The notes beneath the pieces are model-generated. The model was given only the letters and a program-made list of their open reading frames with translations, made no database searches and was not told where the DNA came from. The position numbers and the translations under genes are program-made. A stretch of DNA of 41,393 bases. Source: Promethearchaeota archaeon. GTDB taxonomy: Archaea; Asgardarchaeota; Lokiarchaeia; Sigyniarchaeales; SOKP01. Positions within the stretch are counted from its first letter, which is position 1. The number at the start of each line of letters is the position of its first letter. Shown here piece by piece: positions 27,677 to 36,010 of the stretch. Where the stretch lies: assembly GCA_013375475.1 (NCBI GenBank), contig JABXKD010000028.1, positions 1 through 41,393 on the forward strand, written 5' to 3'.

Positions 27677-28576
27677 TTACTCAATTTTGATCTTAAAAGA
27701 TATTTGCCCATCATCTAATTCAATAATCTTCCCCCTCTTTTCTTTTTCTAACATTTTAAAAATTTTGACAATATCTTCACTGGGAAGTTTACTAAATTCT
27801 TTGTTGGATTCTCTTATTTCGAATACTAAAATTGGTTCTAATGGAGAAATTTCCATGGCCCATTCGTAGATTTCTTCCGCCCAGTTATCTAAGCTTTTCC
27901 AATATACTCTCAATTTCTCTTTACTTTTAGAAAGCCATTCAGCTTGTTCCTTATTGACTAATTCTTCTGCAATTTCTTCCAAAGCTTTTTTGCGGTCTTC
28001 AAAGTTGGAGAAAGGTTTCTCAGATTCTGTCTTCCTAAGATATAGTATATGAAGAATTGCATAACGGGCGTAATCAAAAAGAACTTTCGACCATTCTTGT
28101 TTCCAAGACTCGTAATCTTTCAAGTCCGTTTTTTTATTTGGAAGAGAATACATGAAGATATACCTTTTTTCTTCAAGCCACGGGTAATCGTTGAGTATCA
28201 TTTCATAAGTTGAAACTTCTTTAGTTACTGCTCCTCTTTCCTTTACAATTTCTAATTCAAGTTCTCGTAGTTCTTTTTCTATTTGAGCAGCGTTTTGTTC
28301 GTAGGCTTTGTGATCGATCTCTCCCATTTTTGATGTTAGGAAATCTTCGATCTTATTAAGGCGAGCTTCAATTTCTTCACTTGGAAGCCCTTCAGTGCTA
28401 GTTTCTGGCACCAATTCTTCCGATTTTGTTTCAATCTCTTTTAATTCCCTATATCTCTTAAGTTCTTTTAAACGAGCTAATTCTTTCCTTAATCCATCTA
28501 ATTCTCTTTCTGGTTTTTCTTTAACTTCCTTAACTTCTTTAACAGCTTCGTCGGGTTTCTCTTTTTGGCGTTCCAT
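27677..28576 (-). CDS. vps25: ESCRT-II Vps25-like protein with about 120-aa charged N-terminal extension
   Basis: YPW...MYSLP...W...W..L..Y; AEW...L.VYWKSLDNWAEEIYEWA; final winged helix ending in GQISFKI. Lies directly downstream of vps4. Confidence 0.85.
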   Translation of the reverse strand: MERQKEKPDEAVKEVKEVKEKPERELDGLRKELARLKELKRYRELKEIETKSEELVPETSTEGLPSEEIEARLNKIEDFLTSKMGEIDHKAYEQNAAQIEKELRELELEIVKERGAVTKEVSTYEMILNDYPWLEEKRYIFMYSLPNKKTDLKDYESWKQEWSKVLFDYARYAILHILYLRKTESEKPFSNFEDRKKALEEIAEELVNKEQAEWLSKSKEKLRVYWKSLDNWAEEIYEWAMEISPLEPILVFEIRESNKEFSKLPSEDIVKIFKMLEKEKRGKIIELDDGQISFKIKIE

Positions 28577-28597
28577 ATCCTACATCCTTGGTTGTTT

Positions 28598-29815
28598 TTA
28601 ATACTCTCCGAATTCTCTTGCCCATTGTTCGTATTGATCTAGTGCCGAATCAGTAGTCATGGGTTTTACTTTCTTCAAAGTCTTCGTAAAATCTTGTAAA
28701 TTAATATCCCTTACAATAACTTCTTGATCAGAGTTTTCCAGAAGCCCTGCCATATCTAATTCCCTTATGGGGATCATTATGACTTCTCGACACACATTAG
28801 AGATATCTCTTCCAGAATATCCTTCCGCTCTAACTCCTAATTCTATAAAATCTTCCTCAGTTAGCGCCATATTAATACCTGCGGTGTGGATTTTAAAAAT
28901 TCCAACTCTAGCCGTTAAATCTGGAAGTGGAACATACACTTTTTTCTCAAACCTGCTAAGCATAGCTGTATCAATATCCCAGGGTCGATTGGTTGCCCCT
29001 AATACTAACAAAGGTTTCTTAGAACCCGATTTAATTCCTTGAATTTCGCTTAAGAGTTGAGTTTTTACCCTTCTTTCACCTCCACCTTCGTGGCCTTCAC
29101 CTCTTTTAGTCGCTACTGAATCGATCTCGTCCATGAAAATTAAACTTGGTGCTTTTATTTTAGCAACCTTGAATAGAGAACTAATTAACTTCTCACTTTC
29201 TCCTAACCATTTACTTAATAAATCTGCTGAGGAGACGCTAAAAAATGTAGCTTGACATTCAGTAGCAGCAGCTCTGGCAAGCAGAGTTTTCCCACATCCA
29301 GGAGGTCCAAATAACAATATGCCTGACCACGGTTTTCTTGCTCCCGTAAATAAATTAGGTTTCATTATAGGCAAAACTATTGCTTCTCTTAAAGCTTGTT
29401 TACTTCCTTCCAAACCCGCGATATCGGTCCATTTTACATCAGGAGATTCAGTTAATATCGTTCCTGATATTGAGTCAATTATTTCTTGTTCTTCAGCGGA
29501 ATATTCTCCCTCTTCTGCTTTTGGTTCGCCTTCTTTAGGCTCACTTGGTCTACTAGAAGGTCTTCCTCTCCTAACCTTGGGACCGCTTAAATGGACTTTA
29601 AGTACGTTAGCACGCTCTAGGTATTGCTCTATTTGATCGTGACATTTTCTTACCATTATCGGATTTTTATTATATTTTACGAATTGTATTAAAATCTCTG
29701 CAGCTCTTTGATATTTATTTAGAGCTTGTCTATAATGCCCCTTTTCATCCAATTCTACAGCTGCTTGCGCTTCTTGAACGGCATATAGGTAAAGCTTACT
29801 ATCAACACTACTCAA
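28598..29815 (-). CDS. vps4: Vps4 AAA+ ATPase (MIT + AAA)
   Basis: MIT domain (AVELDEKGHYRQALNKYQRAAEIL...YLERA), VKWTDIAGL, GPPGCGKT, SKWLGESEK pore loop, FMDEID, ATNRPW, C-terminal EFG. TTG start. Confidence 0.95.
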   Translation of the reverse strand: MSSVDSKLYLYAVQEAQAAVELDEKGHYRQALNKYQRAAEILIQFVKYNKNPIMVRKCHDQIEQYLERANVLKVHLSGPKVRRGRPSSRPSEPKEGEPKAEEGEYSAEEQEIIDSISGTILTESPDVKWTDIAGLEGSKQALREAIVLPIMKPNLFTGARKPWSGILLFGPPGCGKTLLARAAATECQATFFSVSSADLLSKWLGESEKLISSLFKVAKIKAPSLIFMDEIDSVATKRGEGHEGGGERRVKTQLLSEIQGIKSGSKKPLLVLGATNRPWDIDTAMLSRFEKKVYVPLPDLTARVGIFKIHTAGINMALTEEDFIELGVRAEGYSGRDISNVCREVIMIPIRELDMAGLLENSDQEVIVRDINLQDFTKTLKKVKPMTTDSALDQYEQWAREFGEY

Positions 29816-30035
29816 CAGTGATAACCTTTTAAAAGTAATTATTTATCTTATTTATCTTAAAATATTCTTAATATTTATAGGTAAGCTAGTTCATTGTTTA
29901 ATTTATTAATTAATTCTTCCATGAATATCAAATTTCCTTTTTAAAAAAGTATGTAAAAATTGGTCTACAACAAAGAATTATATAATCTTGATTTTTCTTA
30001 TATTATATAAAATAAATAATAATTGATGAAATAAG

Positions 30036-30662
30036 ATGGGTTTTCTCAAGGATATGAGTAACTGGCTCTCAGGAGGCAAGAAAAAAGATACTGTTCGTTC
30101 AGCAACAGTTAAGCTTAAGGTTTTTAATAAAAGGCTTATGAGAAACACAAAGAGAATGGAGATGACTGCTAAACAAGCAAGAGATAAAGCTGTACGACTT
30201 AGGAAGGCTGGTGATATGGATGGATCCGAATTTCATGCACGCAATTATCTTCAAGTTAAAAAACAAGCTAGAGCAATTGACCACTTTAGAACGAATTTAG
30301 AAGGTATGGTGTTTAAATTAGAGCAAGCTAACGCAGTTAAAGATATAGCCGATATTATGAAAGGCATTGCCATGAGCTTAGGAATGTTAAAAACTCAATT
30401 CTCTGTACCTGAACTTACAGAATTAATGACAGAAATCGGTATTGATATGGAGGATTTCGAAGTAACTCAAGAGATCACATCAGATGGAATAGACACTATG
30501 ACTTTGGATACTGCTGTCACTGACAATCAAGTTAAAGAGATATTAGGTGAGATCGACGCAGAAATACAAGTTGAAGTAGGTGGAGCTTTACCCTCTATAG
30601 ATCCGGATGGAAAAGTAAAAGAATTGGAAGATGAATTAAATAAACTGAAGTCGAGAGATTAG
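30036..30662 (+). CDS. ESCRT-III subunit (Snf7 domain; Vps2/24/46-like)
   Basis: Amphipathic N-terminus MGFLKDMSNWLSG, basic N-half and acidic C-half, C-terminal LPSIDP...ELEDELNKLK (MIM-like). Divergent from vps4. Confidence 0.88.
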   Translation: MGFLKDMSNWLSGGKKKDTVRSATVKLKVFNKRLMRNTKRMEMTAKQARDKAVRLRKAGDMDGSEFHARNYLQVKKQARAIDHFRTNLEGMVFKLEQANAVKDIADIMKGIAMSLGMLKTQFSVPELTELMTEIGIDMEDFEVTQEITSDGIDTMTLDTAVTDNQVKEILGEIDAEIQVEVGGALPSIDPDGKVKELEDELNKLKSRD

Positions 30663-30760
30663 GTTTCCTTTTGTTTTTAAGTTTCTCTTACTCCTTATCA
30701 AGCAAAATTATTTAAGTTTAAATACTATTTTTATAATATTCTTAACCTTAAGTTTTAAAA

Positions 30761-31777
30761 GTGTCACATATGAATCCAGAAGTAATTGCGATTGGAAGTT
30801 GCACGCTCGATTGTATGCTACAAGTTAAAGATATCCTTAGATTTGAATTATTGGATAAGGAACAGATAAAAAAATATACAGCAATAGAATACAGCCGCAA
30901 ATTGAATGTAGAGAGAGTTTTATTTGTACCTGGTGGTTCTGCTGCTAATATTGCATCAAATTGTGCGATGCTAGATTTAAAAAGTGCATATATTGGAATA
31001 ATAGGTAAAGATTTCTCAGCAAGTATTTGTTTAGACGATATGAAAAAGAGGGGCGTCGATCTTTCAAATGTCATTCAGACCGAAGAAGATAGTACAGCTT
31101 TTTCGGTGATTTTAAAAACGGAATGGGGAAAAGACAGAAGTATTTTGGCGTACAAGGGAGCAAATAACTTGCTTAAACCTGAGCATGTTAAAGAAAAATT
31201 TTTTCAAGATATTAAAGCATTTGCTTGGACTTCTTTAACTACTGATAGTGGTTGTAGAGCGATAGAAAAAGCTCTAAATTTCACGTTAGAAAACAAAGGA
31301 AAAGTGTTCGCAGCTCCAAGTATGTCGATCATTAAAAATAGTCCAAATTGGGCTAAAACGTTAATCTCAAACTCAGATGTTGTGTCATTAAACAAAGAAG
31401 AAGCCCGAGAATTTACTGAAGAGACAGATACAGTTCCAATGATTCATAAATTTTTAGATATGGGCGTAAAATTAATATCAATTACTGATGGACCGAACGG
31501 TTCCATAATATCAGATGGTCAAACCATAGTTAATAGTTCAATTTACGAAGGACCCGTTGAAGACACTACCGGCGCAGGAGATGCATTTCTTAGCGGTCTT
31601 TTAATCTCCCAATTAAATGGATTCAGTCTAGAAAAATCTTCCAAGATGGCTACAGCTATGTCTTACTTAGAAAGTAAAGAAATTGGAGTAAGGGAGGGGT
31701 TACCTAACAGTTTAAAAGAATTAGAAGACTTTATCACTAGTAACTCCATAAAGCAAATAATCTCTAAAATTGTTTAA
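30761..31777 (+). CDS. PfkB-family carbohydrate/nucleoside kinase
   Basis: PGGSAANIA, NKEEA, TDGPNG, DTTGAGDAF. Start is either GTG 30761 or ATG 30770. Confidence 0.93.
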   Translation: MSHMNPEVIAIGSCTLDCMLQVKDILRFELLDKEQIKKYTAIEYSRKLNVERVLFVPGGSAANIASNCAMLDLKSAYIGIIGKDFSASICLDDMKKRGVDLSNVIQTEEDSTAFSVILKTEWGKDRSILAYKGANNLLKPEHVKEKFFQDIKAFAWTSLTTDSGCRAIEKALNFTLENKGKVFAAPSMSIIKNSPNWAKTLISNSDVVSLNKEEAREFTEETDTVPMIHKFLDMGVKLISITDGPNGSIISDGQTIVNSSIYEGPVEDTTGAGDAFLSGLLISQLNGFSLEKSSKMATAMSYLESKEIGVREGLPNSLKELEDFITSNSIKQIISKIV

Positions 31778-31856
31778 GCACAATTCGAGAGCTGTTAGTA
31801 ATATTTTAAAATTTAAGTATTCTAAACCAATTTTATACTTGACAGGCTAAGATTTT

Positions 31857-32084
31857 ATGAGTTTGTTTATTCCACAGCTTGCAAATGATCTTTCTATACC
31901 CGTATTTGTTATGTTATTGATTGTATTTGTACCTTTTCCTTTGATAATCATTTTCCCATTAATCCCGGCATTACTTATCTCAGATCGCTTAAAAGAACAT
32001 AGAGTGAAATTCATAAGAAATATAGCAGGAAAATTAGGTATAACTTCTAAGGCGGAAGTGAACTTCGAATTAAAAATTAAATAA
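31857..32084 (+). CDS. Small membrane protein
   Basis: Long Pro-containing hydrophobic segment followed by a basic tail. Confidence 0.55.
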   Translation: MSLFIPQLANDLSIPVFVMLLIVFVPFPLIIIFPLIPALLISDRLKEHRVKFIRNIAGKLGITSKAEVNFELKIK

Positions 32085-32183
32085 AATTCGAAAATTTTTT
32101 TACATCTAGATTGCTATACAAAATAATTAATTTTTAATTTCTAAATATACTTAAATATTATAAAATTAGACTCTTATAGAGCT

Positions 32184-32315
32184 GCGCTGCTAGTATAGGT
32201 CGGTTGATTCTTATTCCGCCGAGTATAATGGTCAGTATGCCAGGTTGCCAAGAGAGTTTTACCCATAAACTCTCGCAATGACTTGGCGACCCGGGTTCAA
32301 TTCCCGGGCGGCGCA
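32184..32315 (+). tRNA. tRNA-Gly(GCC) with two introns; exons 32184-32198, 32229-32250, 32281-32315
   Basis: Spliced form GCGCTGCTAGTATAG|TGGTCAGTATGCCAGGTTGCCA|ACTTGGCGACCCGGGTTCAATTCCCGGGCGGCGCA folds into a full cloverleaf: acceptor GCGCTGC/GCGGCGC, D stem GTAT/GTAT, anticodon stem CCAGG/CTTGG, T arm CCGGG-TTCAATT-CCCGG. Both introns form BHB-type motifs. CCA is not encoded. Confidence 0.92.
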
Positions 32316-32322
32316 TTTTTTC
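32316..32322 (+). terminator. Oligo-T terminator after tRNA-Gly
   Basis: T7 run immediately after the discriminator base. Confidence 0.5.
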
Positions 32323-32394
32323 ATTATTTCTAAAACTCTTATGAAAAAATTATAATCATCAAATGAAATATACGAGAAGATAAGGTAATACTAA

Positions 32395-33186
32395 ATGGAT
32401 GATAAAGAAGTTGGTAAATATTGGGATGAAAATGCAGAGAATTGGATTAAACTTGCTCGATTAGGATATGATAAATGTCGAGACTTAATCAACTCTCCAG
32501 CTTTTTTTAAAATGCTCCCAGACATAGTAAATTTAAAAGGTTTAGATATTGGATGCGGGGAGGGGTATAATACGAGAATTGCGGCAAAAAAAGGAGCTAA
32601 AATAACAGCTATCGATATTTCGGAAGTATTTATTACTTCAGCAAAAGAAAGTGAAAAGCAAGAACCTTTAGGAATTAAATATCAGGTTGCCAGTGCTATA
32701 GAGCTTCCATTCCCAGACGAATCTTTTGATTTTGCTATAGCTACAATGAGTTTAATGGATATTGCGGACACTGAAAAGGCATTATCTCAGGCCTTTAGAG
32801 TCATAAAACCTAACGGTTTCTTTCAATTTTCAATTAACCATCCGTGTTTTAAGATGACAGCCTTAAGTTGGGTTAGAAATGACGAAGGAAAGAGAACTGG
32901 TTTTATCGTATCAGACTACTTTAAACAATTTGAGGGTGAAATTGAAGAGTGGATATTTGGAGCTGCTCCAAAAGAAATGACAGAAAAAATGAGAAAGTTT
33001 AAGATTCCCCGGTTCAGAAGGATTCTATCAGATTGGCTCAATATGTTATTAGCGCAAGGTTTTGTTTTGGAGGAATTTTGTGAACCCTTTCCTGACGATG
33101 CAGTGGTAAAAAAATATCCCGGTGAGTATGGTAGCAGGATTATACCTTATTTTTTGATTATACGCTGTAGAAAGCCATATAAATAG
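32395..33186 (+). CDS. Class I SAM-dependent methyltransferase
   Basis: LDIGCGEG, AIDIS, LPFPDESFD, RVIKPNG.F.FSINHP. Confidence 0.92.
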   Translation: MDDKEVGKYWDENAENWIKLARLGYDKCRDLINSPAFFKMLPDIVNLKGLDIGCGEGYNTRIAAKKGAKITAIDISEVFITSAKESEKQEPLGIKYQVASAIELPFPDESFDFAIATMSLMDIADTEKALSQAFRVIKPNGFFQFSINHPCFKMTALSWVRNDEGKRTGFIVSDYFKQFEGEIEEWIFGAAPKEMTEKMRKFKIPRFRRILSDWLNMLLAQGFVLEEFCEPFPDDAVVKKYPGEYGSRIIPYFLIIRCRKPYK

Positions 33187-33204
33187 TTTTTAGTGGTTTT
33201 AGGT

Positions 33205-33238
33205 TTAAGTTCGTGAAAGGTGGATTTCACGATCTTAA
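33205..33238. terminator. Hairpin between convergent genes (possible bidirectional terminator/stability element)
   Basis: TTAAG-T-TCGTGAAA-ggtgga-TTTCACGA-T-CTTAA: 8-bp perfect stem plus 5 bp after one mismatch. Confidence 0.45.
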
Positions 33239-33264
33239 GTAATAAATTTTTTTTTAAAAACTTA

Positions 33265-34962
33265 TTATAATCTTCCCGCTATTGGTATTGGTTCTTTTAA
33301 GCCATAATGTAGCGCAAAAAATCCTAACACTAAGATAAAGATTCCCATTCCTGGCCATAGAGTCGCCCACGGTGCAGGGAATAATTGAATTCTCGCATTA
33401 TCTATGTCAGCAGCTAATTGAAACTCAGTAAAATGGCCAAATAGCAGAAAACCAACTGCTTCAAAGATCAATATATTAACTCCTAGAAATAAAGGAATAT
33501 ACGTAATCAACTTCTTAACTGTCCTTTTTAAACTATAATCTCCCTTGCTTATAACGAGGGCAATTCCTGGTATCACATAAGCTGACAACACACCAAATAG
33601 TCCCACTTCTCCAAAACCAAATATCCCAAAACTTAATAGAACCATGAGAAAACTTGGAATTATAAAAAGAATCACCATTAATCCTAATATTATCTCTTTC
33701 ACAATCCTATGTACCTTCGATAAATAACCCAATAATGTTCCAATCCCTAGACCGATACAAACAGTGAAAAGACTTACTCTGAATGAAGTTGAGACACCAT
33801 ATACTAATAAAGCTAGGACATCACGACCAAATATAGTGGTTCCTAACGGATGAGACGGAGATGGTGGTTCGAAAGCATCAGGGTATATTCCTAATGCTTC
33901 TTGCGCAGATAATGGTGTGAATAATTGTGGAAAAACAGTAATTACAGTTATGAAAAATACAATTACTAATCCTAATATCGTTAATGGAGATTTCAAGCGA
34001 TAAATCGTAAATTCTGTGAATTTTTGTCCTGAATTGAGAGAATAACGAGCACTTTCTTCCGCGATTTGTTCAGATCTCCCAAAAAAGTTAGTGAATGCCC
34101 TTGATTTGCCTTTTTCTAGAATGAGGTTATAGATTGTGTAGGCTAAGTTTGAAAGAAATAAGATAAATATAATAAGTAAAACTAGTACAGATATACCCGA
34201 CCTTATTACCCAATAATCTGCAAACCTAAGTGCGTTTAATAACAATTTAAGGATTCCTGTTATATCAAAAATAACTTCTAGTATAACGATACTTGGAATT
34301 AATATGCTAATATTAAATAAAGTATGAATACTATTTGACCAAATACTTCTTTCTTCTGGTAACTTCAAATAATTAGATCGTACTTGTCGCGTAGTGAGGA
34401 ATAATGTTAAAATAAACAAGATACACGAGGGTAAGAATAGACCTCCTATTGTTGGAAATAGTCCCATCTGAAAAGCTAAAGTGTATTGAAACCAAAAACC
34501 AATAAAAAGCATTGGCAATGAAATACCTAAAACAACAAAAATTTGGATCAAGATTTTTACAAATCTTTTTCTAATTTTTATTGACAGAATACCAAGGAAT
34601 ATGCCAGCGGTTAACCCTAAGAAAAGTGGTAACAGAGGGAATCCGATACTAATTGGTATTCTTTCAACAAGAAGTTCAAATACCGGTTGGGTTCGAGCAA
34701 TTGAAAATGATCTCCCTAAATTTCCTGTAAACAATTCGGCAACGTACCTGATGAATCGCATAAAAATAGGGTCGTTTAATCCTAATTGTTGTTTTGTTTG
34801 TTCATATACTGTCCAGTTGATAGGTCCTTCAGGTAAATAAGCTAAAACGGGGTCACCTGGAATATGAAGACTAAATGAAAAGATCACAATTAATCCTATA
34901 AGTATTGCCCCAATGGTAATTAGCGTTAATTTAATAATATTCCACTTTACAGAATTAGTCAT
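33265..34962 (-). CDS. Fused DppB/OppB-DppC/OppC-like ABC permease, divergent
   Basis: N-half: PGDP...LGLNDP...RYV..LFTGNLGRS (DppB). C-half: PPSPSHPLGTTIFGRDVLALLVYG..TS...APWATLWPG (DppC). One ORF. Confidence 0.85.
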   Translation of the reverse strand: MTNSVKWNIIKLTLITIGAILIGLIVIFSFSLHIPGDPVLAYLPEGPINWTVYEQTKQQLGLNDPIFMRFIRYVAELFTGNLGRSFSIARTQPVFELLVERIPISIGFPLLPLFLGLTAGIFLGILSIKIRKRFVKILIQIFVVLGISLPMLFIGFWFQYTLAFQMGLFPTIGGLFLPSCILFILTLFLTTRQVRSNYLKLPEERSIWSNSIHTLFNISILIPSIVILEVIFDITGILKLLLNALRFADYWVIRSGISVLVLLIIFILFLSNLAYTIYNLILEKGKSRAFTNFFGRSEQIAEESARYSLNSGQKFTEFTIYRLKSPLTILGLVIVFFITVITVFPQLFTPLSAQEALGIYPDAFEPPSPSHPLGTTIFGRDVLALLVYGVSTSFRVSLFTVCIGLGIGTLLGYLSKVHRIVKEIILGLMVILFIIPSFLMVLLSFGIFGFGEVGLFGVLSAYVIPGIALVISKGDYSLKRTVKKLITYIPLFLGVNILIFEAVGFLLFGHFTEFQLAADIDNARIQLFPAPWATLWPGMGIFILVLGFFALHYGLKEPIPIAGRL

Positions 34963-35174
34963 TTGATTTTGCCTTTTTTATAAAACTTGAAAAGTAATAT
35001 TCATTAAGAAATAAGTTATTTAAAGGTTCTAGAACCATGACACCTCTTAACATATCCTTGTTAGACTTGATTATCAAGAAAGTACATAAAAAACTTGACC
35101 ATCAATATAAAAAGAAAAAAGAACATAAATACCTTCTAATCAATTATCTATTATAATCATTAAGGGTGATTTTT

Positions 35175-35894
35175 ATCCTAAAAGCTATGGAACCGTTTGG
35201 TCTGGCACTTAAAGACTATTGGGAAGGAAATCAATACGCGAAGGTAGTTTTTCATAGGGACGATGGGGTAGTCGACGATTATTTCGTAGAGCATTGCTTT
35301 CGAAAACCTGATGATTTTTCAGAAATAGAAAAAATTGCGGTAGAATTATGTATCGGTAGAGTTTTAGATATTGGTGCCGGAGTTGGACCTCATAGTTTAC
35401 AACTTCAAAAAAATGGACTTGAAGTTTATGCTCTTGATGTTTCAGAAGAAGCCTGCAGAATTATGAAGAAAAGGGCTGTAAAACATGTGATGTGTTCAGA
35501 TTTATACAGTTTACGAACAGAAAATTTTGATACAATATTACTTATGGGACGAGCAATTGGATTTGTCGAAGATTTAGCAGGCATGGAAAAATTCCTCAAT
35601 CACTGTGAAAAATTATTAAACTCCAAAGGAATAATACTTCTTGACTCGCTAGATGTGAGAACAACTTCTGTACCAGAGCATCTCGCGTACCAAGAAAGAA
35701 GTAGAGAAATGGGAAGATATTTTGGTGAAGTGAGATTACAGATGGAATATAAAGGTCAACATGGGCAACCATTTAAACTCTTGCATATAGATCCTGATAC
35801 TCTTAGAAATATTGCTACGGAATTAGATTGGAAATGTCAAATACTACATAAGGAAAACGATGGAGATTATTTGGCAAAAATATCTAAATTATAA
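35175..35894 (+). CDS. Class I SAM-dependent methyltransferase (tandem paralog 1)
   Basis: VLDIGAGVGPHSL, FDTILLMG. The ORF-track GTG (35166) lies within the GGGTGA SD. The start is probably ATC 35175 or ATG 35187. Confidence 0.88.
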   Translation: MLKAMEPFGLALKDYWEGNQYAKVVFHRDDGVVDDYFVEHCFRKPDDFSEIEKIAVELCIGRVLDIGAGVGPHSLQLQKNGLEVYALDVSEEACRIMKKRAVKHVMCSDLYSLRTENFDTILLMGRAIGFVEDLAGMEKFLNHCEKLLNSKGIILLDSLDVRTTSVPEHLAYQERSREMGRYFGEVRLQMEYKGQHGQPFKLLHIDPDTLRNIATELDWKCQILHKENDGDYLAKISKL

Positions 35895-35925
35895 TGTACT
35901 TAGAAAATCGGAAATATTTGAAGAT
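35889..35925 (-). pseudogene. Remnant copy of the 3' end of gene 36742..37593 (SSNISDFLSTL*)
   Basis: 35/37 nt identical to 36742-36778. The minus-strand frame has no ATG/GTG/TTG before an upstream TAG. Confidence 0.85.
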
Positions 35926-36010
35926 CTAAGATCTATATTTGTAAAGAAATGAAAAAAAATAAATAAAATCCAACCAAATGTTAAGTATAATCTCTATAGG
36001 GTGACTTTTA

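Noticed and set aside
28517-28543. 9-bp tandem repeat encoding VKEVKEVKE in the Vps25 extension
   Set aside because: A simple low-complexity coding repeat with synonymous variation; no evidence of a separate function.
28598-30662. Crenarchaeal-type Cdv cell-division operon (cdvABC)
   Set aside because: No CdvA, the ESCRT-III lacks a C-terminal winged helix, and ESCRT-II genes are present; this fits the Asgard-type arrangement instead.
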